A stretch of DNA of 32,000 bases from Synechococcus sp. A15-24 (GTDB lineage: Bacteria; Cyanobacteriota; Cyanobacteriia; PCC-6307; Cyanobiaceae). The stretch covers positions 930,001-962,000 of the forward strand of contig NZ_CP047960.1 of assembly GCF_014280195.1 (NCBI RefSeq). Reading direction: 5' to 3'. Both the position numbers and the translations under genes were made by a program. The notes beneath the pieces were generated by a model, which was not told the DNA's origin, did no database searches, and worked only from the letters and a program-made list of their open reading frames with translations. Shown here piece by piece: positions 25,465 through 32,000 of this stretch (the stretch's first letter is position 1; each line of letters starts with the position of its first letter).

Positions 25465-27516
25465 ATGGTCAATGCCCGCCTTCATCCCCGCACCATCGAC
25501 GCCGTCAAGGAGCGGGCGGACATCGTCGATGTGGTGGGCGACCACGTCGTTCTGAAAAAGAAAGGACGGGAGTTTGTCGGCATCTGTCCGTTTCACGACG
25601 ACAGCAAGCCGTCGATGACGGTGTCTCCCGCCAAGCAGTTCTACTACTGCTTCTCCTGTGGTGCGGGCGGAAACTCCATCAAGTTCCTGATGGAGTTTCA
25701 GCGGCAGAGTTTCAGCGATGTAGTGCTGGATCTGGCCCGCCGTTATCAGGTGCCGGTCGAGACCGTTGATGGTCCTCAGCAGGAGCGGTTGAAGCAGCAA
25801 CTCTCCCGGCGGGAGAAGCTTCAGCGGGCCCTGGCCTTGGCTGCCGGTTGGTTTCGCAGCCAGTTGCGCAGCCCGACGGGTGAGCAGGCCCTGGCGTACC
25901 TCACGGAAGTTCGTGGCCTGACACTCGCCACCCAGGAGACATTCGGTCTCGGTTACGCCCCGGACCAATGGGACGGCCTTTTAAAGCATCTGCAGCAGGT
26001 GGAAGGCCTTTCGGCTGAGCTGTTGGAGGCAGCTGGACTGGTGGTCCCCCGCAAGGGTGGCCATGGCTTCTACGACCGTTTTCGCCGTCGGGTGATGGTT
26101 CCGATTCACGACCGTCAGGGACGGGTGATTGGCTTCGGTGGCCGGAGCTTGGATGGCAGCGAGCCCAAATACCTGAACTCTCCAGAGACGGAGGTGTTCG
26201 AGAAAGGCAAGCATCTGTTCGGCCTCGACAAGGCCACCAACACCATCCGCAAGCAGGACCGTGCCGTGGTGGTGGAGGGTTACTTCGATGTCATCGCCCT
26301 GCACGCGGCAGGGATCACCAATGCGGTGGCGTCCCTGGGCACCGCCCTCAGCAGCCAGCAGATCACCCAGCTCTGTCGCGTCACCGACGGCAAGCGGATC
26401 GTTCTCAACTTTGACGCGGACGGCGCTGGGGTTCGTGCGGCTAACCGCGCCATCGGTGAAGTGGAGCAGCTCGCCTTGCAGGGGCAACTGGAGCTGCGGG
26501 TGCTGCATCTGCCTTCCGGCAAAGATCCAGATGAGTTCCTCAAGGACCATGGCGCCGGGGATTACCGGGCTCTGCTCGATCAGGCGCCCCTCTGGCTGGA
26601 CTGGCAGATCGAACAGGCCCTCGCTGATCGAGACCTTGCCAAGGCGGATCAGTTCCAGCAGGCGGTCTCGGCCTTGGTGGCTCTGCTCGGAAAGTTGCCT
26701 CAGTCGGCGGTGCGCACCCATTACCTGCAACGGGTCGCTGAACGGCTCAGCGGCGGTCAAGGTCGATTGGCACTGCAGCTGGAGGACGACCTGCGCCAGC
26801 AGGTGAAGGGCCAGCGTTGGCATGGTCGATCCAGCCGGCATGACCAGCCGGGCGACACCAGTCAGCGGGAGCGCTGTGAGGCTGATCTGCTGCGCCTTTA
26901 TCTGCATGCCCCCCGCCACAGGGGCACGATCCGCCAGGAGTTGCGCCAGCGGGAACTGGAGGACTTTGCGATCCCCCATCACCGTCTGCTCTGGGCCTCT
27001 CTGACGGAACTTGAGGAGACCAACCTCGGCGTGGGCCGCCTGGAATCGATCAGCCGTGGTGAAGATGATGGTGACGGCCTAGATGGGCTGGACCTGCCCC
27101 GTCTGCTGACGGACCAGCTGCTGCTGGAGAACAGCCCTCTGTTGTCACGGCTGACGCCATTGCTCGAACCGGGTGAACTGGAGCGTGTCGCCCTGGCCGA
27201 ACCGCTCGAGCAGTTGCGTGGGCTCGCGGCATTGCTGGAGCGTCAGAAGAGCTTCAAGCGCTGCCGCCACCTGCTGGAAGCCTGGGGTGGGCAGCGTCTG
27301 CAGACCTTGGAAGCCTGCATTTCCGTGTTGGTGCAAGACAACCAGGCGGATCAGCAGGGTGTGGACATGGAAGGCCGCATCGAGCAACTGTTCGAGGAGC
27401 TCAACCGCGATGCGTTGCACTACCAGGAGCTGTATTACAGCGAGAGGAAGCACATTCAGCATCTCGATCAGCAACGCCGCGGCGGCTTCCAGACCGTTGA
27501 TGTCCTGTCCGCCTGA
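25465..27516 (+). CDS. dnaG: DNA primase DnaG
   Basis: CHC2 zinc finger [40 protein letters not shown] region [16 protein letters not shown]...LNFDADGAG. The true start is ATG 25465 ([24 protein letters not shown]). The 25081 start in the track is an out-of-gene extension antisense to the DMT gene. Confidence 0.95.
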   Translation: MVNARLHPRTIDAVKERADIVDVVGDHVVLKKKGREFVGICPFHDDSKPSMTVSPAKQFYYCFSCGAGGNSIKFLMEFQRQSFSDVVLDLARRYQVPVETVDGPQQERLKQQLSRREKLQRALALAAGWFRSQLRSPTGEQALAYLTEVRGLTLATQETFGLGYAPDQWDGLLKHLQQVEGLSAELLEAAGLVVPRKGGHGFYDRFRRRVMVPIHDRQGRVIGFGGRSLDGSEPKYLNSPETEVFEKGKHLFGLDKATNTIRKQDRAVVVEGYFDVIALHAAGITNAVASLGTALSSQQITQLCRVTDGKRIVLNFDADGAGVRAANRAIGEVEQLALQGQLELRVLHLPSGKDPDEFLKDHGAGDYRALLDQAPLWLDWQIEQALADRDLAKADQFQQAVSALVALLGKLPQSAVRTHYLQRVAERLSGGQGRLALQLEDDLRQQVKGQRWHGRSSRHDQPGDTSQRERCEADLLRLYLHAPRHRGTIRQELRQRELEDFAIPHHRLLWASLTELEETNLGVGRLESISRGEDDGDGLDGLDLPRLLTDQLLLENSPLLSRLTPLLEPGELERVALAEPLEQLRGLAALLERQKSFKRCRHLLEAWGGQRLQTLEACISVLVQDNQADQQGVDMEGRIEQLFEELNRDALHYQELYYSERKHIQHLDQQRRGGFQTVDVLSA

Positions 27517-27529
27517 ACCCCGCGGGCGG

Positions 27530-28567
27530 ATGATGGATTCCCGTGCTGTCTTGGTGATGGGCCTGTTCGAGCGCTATCTCTCCCTGTGGATCGCTCTGGC
27601 GATTGCGGTGGGTGTGCTTCTGGGGGGCGTTTTTCCTGATCTGGCGAGCTGGATCGCCTCATTGGAGGTGGCCCGCATCAACGTTCCGATCGCCGTTCTG
27701 ATCTGGGGAATGATCGTTCCGATGATGCTGGCCGTGGATTTCTCCGCCATCGGTGGCATCCGCCAGCAACCGCGGGGTCTGCTGGTCACTGTGGCCGTGA
27801 ACTGGTTGATCAAGCCCCTCACGATGACGGCCCTGGCCTTGTTGTTCATCCGTGGGGTGTTCGCGGCCTGGATCCCGGAAGCGATGGGTCAGGAGTATGT
27901 GGCCGGGATGATTCTGCTGGGGGTGGCCCCTTGCACCGCGATGGTGTTCGTGTGGAGTCGCCTCAGTGATGGGGATCCCAACTACACCCTGGTGCAGGTG
28001 GCGGTGAACGACCTGATCATGGTGTTTGCCTTTGCCCCGATTGCAGCGTTATTGCTTGGGGTGAGTGACGTGCTGGTGCCGTGGGACACGATGATCACGG
28101 CGGTGGGGCTGTTCGTGGTGGTGCCGTTGGCGACGGGATGGTTGATGCAGGTGTTTTTGAAGTCCCCTGGTCGGATTGCGCGGTTGGAGGCCCAGCTCAA
28201 GCCCCTAGCGATCACGGCTCTGATCGCCACGGTGCTGCTGCTGTTCATGGTGCAGGCCCAGGCGATCCTGTCCAATCCCCTGGCAATCGTGCTGATCGCG
28301 ATCCCGCTCATCCTGCAGACCTATCTGATTTTCTGGCTCACGGCGCAGTGGATGCGCCTCTGGGGGCAACCACGCACGGTCGCGGCCCCTGGCGCGATGA
28401 TCGGCGCCTCCAATTTCTTTGAGCTAGCGGTGGCTGTGGCCATCAGCCTGTTCGGCTTGAATTCCGGCGCTGCCCTCGCCACTGTGGTGGGAGTGCTGGT
28501 GGAAGTGCCGGTGATGCTGTCGCTGGTGGCGATCGCCAACCGCAACCAACGTCTGTTCCCCGCTTGA
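27530..28567 (+). CDS. acr3: Arsenite efflux carrier, ACR3 family
   Basis: [18 protein letters not shown] at the N-terminus. [32 protein letters not shown] (conserved Cys region) and [13 protein letters not shown] (conserved Glu) are ACR3 hallmarks. ATG 27530 lies 13 nt after the dnaG stop. Confidence 0.92.
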   Translation: MMDSRAVLVMGLFERYLSLWIALAIAVGVLLGGVFPDLASWIASLEVARINVPIAVLIWGMIVPMMLAVDFSAIGGIRQQPRGLLVTVAVNWLIKPLTMTALALLFIRGVFAAWIPEAMGQEYVAGMILLGVAPCTAMVFVWSRLSDGDPNYTLVQVAVNDLIMVFAFAPIAALLLGVSDVLVPWDTMITAVGLFVVVPLATGWLMQVFLKSPGRIARLEAQLKPLAITALIATVLLLFMVQAQAILSNPLAIVLIAIPLILQTYLIFWLTAQWMRLWGQPRTVAAPGAMIGASNFFELAVAVAISLFGLNSGAALATVVGVLVEVPVMLSLVAIANRNQRLFPA

Positions 28568-28568
28568 G

Positions 28569-28826
28569 ATGTCTGAATTCTTCGAAGCGATCTGGCACGG
28601 TGAGGGCATCGGCGACGGTGCTGATCTGGAGGAAGCTCTCCAGGCCTATGCCGTGGTGAAACCGGAGGACGGCGACTGGGTGGAGGCTTGTGCTGCTGAC
28701 GGGGCTGATCCGGTGGTCGAGCGCTTCCCCTCCTTCGACGCCTATCTGGATAACGCCGATCCGCTCGAGACCATCGCTGTGTCGCCGCAGATGATTGCCG
28801 AGGCGATTGCGCTGTTGCCGGTTTGA
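28569..28826 (+). CDS. Small acidic hypothetical protein
   Basis: 85-aa ORF that starts 1 nt after the acr3 stop. Very acidic (many D/E). No family recognised. Its composition is consistent with neighbouring genes. Confidence 0.5.
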   Translation: MSEFFEAIWHGEGIGDGADLEEALQAYAVVKPEDGDWVEACAADGADPVVERFPSFDAYLDNADPLETIAVSPQMIAEAIALLPV

Positions 28827-29122
28827 TGTCCGACGCTCAGCTTGATTTTGCGGCCTTGACGCCCGTCAACCATCTCTGGCCGGCCTTCGTTGAGCGTCTT
28901 GGCACCGACAAGGCCCAGCGGGCCGTGCGGCAAGCCCTTGATCTTCAGGGCATGCGTGGCCATGACGGCACCTTGCCGGTGCTGTTCGTTGAGACCGGCG
29001 GCCTGGCACTGGCCAGCACCGATCTGGTGCGGGAACAGACGGGACTCAATGCCCATGGTGATCGGATGGTGCTGCTGCTTAGCACCCTCGACCAGGTGAT
29101 CCAGTTGTTGCAGCAGGCTTAG
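28826..29122 (+). CDS. Hypothetical protein
   Basis: 98-aa ORF whose ATG overlaps the previous stop (TGATG). No family recognised. Confidence 0.5.
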   Translation: MSDAQLDFAALTPVNHLWPAFVERLGTDKAQRAVRQALDLQGMRGHDGTLPVLFVETGGLALASTDLVREQTGLNAHGDRMVLLLSTLDQVIQLLQQA

Positions 29123-29301
29123 AGGACGGCGGCCGGGGCATCGGTCAGTCGATGCCGTTCAGCCTGCAGAGCGGTCTGCGGGAATCGCGCCTTGGCCTGC
29201 GGTTGTTCCGTCGGCGTTTCCATGGTTCCTGCGCTGATCTGTTGGCCCACCAGCACCGCCAGTGCACTGATGATCAAGGTGATCGCTTTCTCTTTCCCCA
29301 T
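29119..29301 (-). CDS. Possible small secreted or membrane-anchored protein
   Basis: 60-aa ORF downstream of umuC with a hydrophobic N-terminus (AITLIISALAVLVG). There is no homology evidence. It could be a chance ORF in GC-rich DNA. Confidence 0.3.
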   Translation of the reverse strand: MGKEKAITLIISALAVLVGQQISAGTMETPTEQPQAKARFPQTALQAERHRLTDAPAAVL

Positions 29302-29396
29302 GCCTTGGTTTGGCTCTTGATCAAGGTTGTCGTCCGCGTCGTTGTCCCATCCTTGGCATTCCCCTGAATCGGCTGAACGCTGTCTGAGAGCGCATC

Positions 29397-30677
29397 TCAG
29401 CGATCGGCGTGCACCACCGGTACATCACTCAGTCGGGTGGTGGCAGTCCGTCCCAGCCGCTCCCGTCGCATCATCCAGCTCGGATGCAACCCGCAGGCTG
29501 CCCACTGCACCGTGCCTCGGCCATAGCGGCGATTGAGCTGATCAATGGTGCGCATCAGCCCTTCCCGTCGTTGTTGCTGTGCCTCACTCAGCGGCACCAG
29601 AAGATGGGACTGGAGCAGCTCGGTTCCCTGCAGGTGCTGCATCAGCACCCCCGCTTTCGCCAGCTGTCGGTGTGGTCGGAAGATGCGGTCCACCAGGGGG
29701 AGCGCTGCTTCCAGCAGAACGGTGGTGTCGTTGCTGGGCAGATCCAGTCGGATGCTGGCGGCCTGGCTGTAAAACGCGGGGATGAAGGGGCTGGTGCGGG
29801 TGTACACCGTGAGGGCGGCAGCCCGTTGGTGCTGCTTGCGCAGTTTTTCCGCGGCGCGCACCACATAGGTGGCGACGGCCTGCCGCAGTTCCTCCAGGGT
29901 CGTGATCGGCCGGCTGAAGCTGCGGCTCACGCAGGTTTCCTGTTTGGGGGACGGTGCCAGCGCCAGCGGCAGGCAGGCATGGCCGCGCAGTTCCCGCTGC
30001 AGCCGCAACCCCACCACACCGCACTTCGCCCGCAGTTCACCGCTGGGCATGTCCCGCAGCAGGCGGGCGTTGTTCACCCCCCGCAGCCGGCACCAGCGCG
30101 CCAGTTTGCGGCCGATGCCCCAGACGTCCTCGATTGCGATGGTCTCGAGCCAGGCGTCGGGATCCGCGCAGTGGCCCAGATCGAAGATGCCGGCATGGGC
30201 GGGGACTTGCTTGGCCAGGCGATTGGCCAGTTTCGCCTGGCTTTTGCTGGCCCCCAGGCCGATGGCGATCGGCAGCCCCAGGTCCTGGCGGACCCGGGCT
30301 CGCAGGGATCGGCCCCAGGTCTGCAGGTCACCATCCTTCGGACGACGGACGCGCCCGAAGGCTTCGTCGATGGAATAGACCTCGAGCTCTTCGCAGTGAA
30401 TCTCCAGCAGGCTCATCATCCGCTGGCTCATGTCGGCGTACAGGGCGTAGTTCGAACTGCGCACCACCACGTTCTGGCGTTCCAGCTCCTGACGCGCCTT
30501 GAAATAGGGGGTCCCCATTGCAATGCCGAGGGCCCTGGCTTCTGCACTGCGGGCCACGATGCAGCCGTCGTTGTTGGAGAGCACGACGACGGGTTTGCCG
30601 ATCAGGCTGGGGTCAAGGCTCTGTTCGCAGGAGGCGTAGAAGTTGTTGCCGTCGATCAGGGCGGTGGCAAGGCCCAT
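29397..30677 (-). CDS. umuC: Y-family translesion DNA polymerase UmuC (Pol V catalytic subunit)
   Basis: ALIDGNNFYASCEQSLDP, VVVLSNNDGCIVARS, YSIDEAF and VWGIGRKLARWC motifs of the ImpB/MucB/UmuC family. Confidence 0.93.
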   Translation of the reverse strand: MGLATALIDGNNFYASCEQSLDPSLIGKPVVVLSNNDGCIVARSAEARALGIAMGTPYFKARQELERQNVVVRSSNYALYADMSQRMMSLLEIHCEELEVYSIDEAFGRVRRPKDGDLQTWGRSLRARVRQDLGLPIAIGLGASKSQAKLANRLAKQVPAHAGIFDLGHCADPDAWLETIAIEDVWGIGRKLARWCRLRGVNNARLLRDMPSGELRAKCGVVGLRLQRELRGHACLPLALAPSPKQETCVSRSFSRPITTLEELRQAVATYVVRAAEKLRKQHQRAAALTVYTRTSPFIPAFYSQAASIRLDLPSNDTTVLLEAALPLVDRIFRPHRQLAKAGVLMQHLQGTELLQSHLLVPLSEAQQQRREGLMRTIDQLNRRYGRGTVQWAACGLHPSWMMRRERLGRTATTRLSDVPVVHADR

Positions 30678-30678
30678 G

Positions 30679-31110
30679 TCAGAGCGGATGGATCACGTGG
30701 ATGGCCACCCCCCAGATCTGCACGTCACCGCATCGATGCAGCTCCAGGGGTGGGTAAGCGGGATTGGCGGCCTCCAAGCGCAGGCGGCCATGGTGCTGGA
30801 CCAGGCGTTTGAGGGTGAATTCCCCGTCCAGTACCGCCACCACCACCCGACCCGGCCGTGGATCCAGGCTGCGATCCACCACCAGCAGATCACCGTCGTG
30901 GATGCCGGCTCCGAGCATGGATTCGCCGCTGACGCGCAGAAAGAATGTGCTGGTGGGATGGCGGATCAGCTGGTCGTTGAGGTCGATCCCCACCTCCACG
31001 TAGTCATCGGCCGGCGAGGGGAAGCCGGCGGCCACCCGTTCGCCGGCCAGGGGAAGACTCAGGCGGGTTCGCCGGGGCTGCAGCGGAAGTGGCTGGTGGC
31101 GGACGTCCAT
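30679..31110 (-). CDS. umuD: UmuD / LexA-like S24 peptidase (Pol V accessory subunit)
   Basis: AGFPSPADDY, then the catalytic Ser in VSGESM and the Lys in GEFTLKRL. The start is taken at ATG 31110 (MDVRHQ...). The stop lies 1 nt before the umuC start. Confidence 0.9.
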   Translation of the reverse strand: MDVRHQPLPLQPRRTRLSLPLAGERVAAGFPSPADDYVEVGIDLNDQLIRHPTSTFFLRVSGESMLGAGIHDGDLLVVDRSLDPRPGRVVVAVLDGEFTLKRLVQHHGRLRLEAANPAYPPLELHRCGDVQIWGVAIHVIHPL

Positions 31111-31135
31111 CACGGGCAAGCAAGCCTGCTTGAAT

Positions 31136-31149
31136 AGTACTGATGTATT
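31136..31149. promoter_or_regulatory. Putative cyanobacterial-type LexA (SOS) box
   Basis: AGTACTGATGTATT compared with the remembered cyanobacterial consensus RGTAC-NNN-D-GTWC-B / AGTACWNWTGTACT shows one mismatch (the final arm is GTAT rather than GTAC). It lies 26 nt upstream of the umuD ATG and overlaps a TACTAT -10-like hexamer on the minus strand. Confidence 0.5.
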
Positions 31150-31176
31150 GGTCGCAGTGTGCTCGCTCCGGTGAGG

Positions 31177-31590
31177 ATGGTGTCTCTGGATTGGGATTGG
31201 ATGGCTGACTCGCCGTATCTGGTCGCGCTGGCGTTGATCGATCAAGGGGGGCGTCGGGCATTGCCGCTGGCGGGGAAGTCCCAGGCTCTGGTGGCGGCCG
31301 AGGGCGATGCCCCGGATCAGCTCGGCAAGGAGCTGGCCCTGGATCTGCTGCTGCGGGTGTGGCAGCGCAGTGATGACGGCCCTCTGCAGAGGGCAGCGGC
31401 TGCAGACAGCCTGCTGCTGGTGGAGTTGCCGATGGAACGACTGCCGGAGGACTTGCCGCAGATCAAGGCCGACTGGCTCAGCAGCGGCGACACAACTGCC
31501 TGCCTGGAGGCTCTGCAGCGGATCTGCTCGAGGGCCTGGCGACTGTCCAGCGAGAAGTTCAAGCCGGTGGCGCTGACGCCGGTGTGGTGA
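31177..31590 (+). CDS. Hypothetical protein divergent from umuDC
   Basis: The ORF runs 31159-31590 (GTG 31159, ATG 31177 or ATG 31201). No recognised motifs. Its 3' end overlaps the convergent oxygenase gene by 32 nt. Confidence 0.45.
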   Translation: MVSLDWDWMADSPYLVALALIDQGGRRALPLAGKSQALVAAEGDAPDQLGKELALDLLLRVWQRSDDGPLQRAAAADSLLLVELPMERLPEDLPQIKADWLSSGDTTACLEALQRICSRAWRLSSEKFKPVALTPVW

Positions 31591-32000
31591 GGGGTTCCTG
31601 AGCCCAGATGTTCACGGCCACGGAGTAACGCTCTCCTTCCAGAGGATTGATCCGGTGCAGCAGTCCAGGGGAGAACAGCACCAGGCGGTTGCGCACCGGG
31701 GGGATCGAGATCACCGAGCGGAACTGAGGCAACGGACCGCTGTGCCCTGAGGTGATGGGGGTGTTGTCGGCCAACAGCAGCTCGCCACCGGCGCAGCTGA
31801 CGTGGGGATAGAAGACCGTCGACAACAGCGGCAGCAGATAAGCCCCGCTGCGGCGCCCTTCAACTTCATCCTTGTCGATGTGCCAGTCGAGATCGTTGTT
31901 GACGTTGCACCACTACTCCACGCCAGCACCCTTGCCACAGAACGGGCTGGAGACAGGCAGCAGATGCTCGTCGAGGTAACGCTCCATCAGCTGTCGCTGC
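31559..32000 (-). pseudogene. 2OG-Fe(II) oxygenase (prolyl-4-hydroxylase-like) gene interrupted by an in-frame TAG; the 5' end lies beyond the window
   Basis: The minus-strand frame reads ...LMERYLDEHLLPVSSPFCGKGAGVE-TAG(31913-31915)-WCNVNNDLDWHIDKDEVEG...GGELLL...PPVRNRLVLFSPGLLHRINPLEGERYSVAVNIW. The H-x-D, distal His and Arg motifs of the family are all downstream of the stop. Confidence 0.6.

Noticed and set aside
25981-26982. 333-aa minus-strand ORF inside dnaG (and the 24625-25383 ORF inside the DMT gene)
   Set aside because: These are shadow ORFs in alternative frames of well-supported genes.
29316-29325. Perfect 10-bp palindrome CTTGATCAAG just upstream of the small ORF at 29119-29301, and a 6-bp-stem hairpin CTGAGA-GCGCA-TCTCAG (29384-29400) over the umuC stop
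   Set aside because: These are single short occurrences. The hairpin has no U-tract on the transcribed strand. They cannot be assigned to a regulator or terminator from sequence alone.
29409-30812. 467-aa plus-strand ORF opposite umuC and umuD
   Set aside because: It is antisense to two genes with clear UmuC and UmuD motifs. The translation is Gly/Ala/Pro/His-rich and lacks domain features.

Overview
This window is a high-GC chromosomal segment that looks picocyanobacterial, most likely marine Synechococcus. That attribution is an inference from gene content (PAM68, DUF1816-like and DUF3288-like proteins, mini-RNase III next to rlmB, Y-family umuDC behind a cyanobacterial-type LexA box) and from composition.

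Most of the window is densely packed core housekeeping genes:
- Crp-family regulator, tRNA-Pro(GGG), msrA, an ABC exporter
- trpD, carA, a STAS protein, mrnC, rlmB, gatA, dnaE
- pam68, rpsO, ruvA, then dnaG, an ACR3 arsenite carrier, umuDC

The exception is an AT-rich block of about 8.1 kb at roughly 15937-24061, sitting between ruvA and a core lipoprotein gene. It carries 11 tightly packed genes, all on the + strand:
- a seven-gene Mrp-type cation/proton antiporter module in the order C-D-E-F-G-A'(DUF4040)-B, with only one antiporter-like subunit
- a 6TM potassium channel with a TIGYGD filter
- an orphan phosphosulfolactate synthase (ComA) homologue
- a family-3 periplasmic solute-binding protein whose stop codon overlaps candidate starts of a very divergent DAACS-type (GltP/DctA-like) secondary carrier

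I saw no integrase, transposase, tRNA or flanking direct repeat at the island edges. I read the island as a horizontally acquired ion-homeostasis and anionic-solute (possibly C3-sulfonate) cassette. That functional reading is a hypothesis, not something the sequence demonstrates.

Smaller points:
- a long Arg/Asp-rich extension on RlmB
- an acr3 gene followed by two small acidic ORFs directly after dnaG
- a LexA-box-like palindrome between umuD and a divergent unknown gene
- an in-frame TAG inside a 2OG-Fe(II) oxygenase gene at the right edge

No CRISPR array, rRNA or recognisable mobile element was found. All family assignments come from motif recognition by eye; no database search was run.
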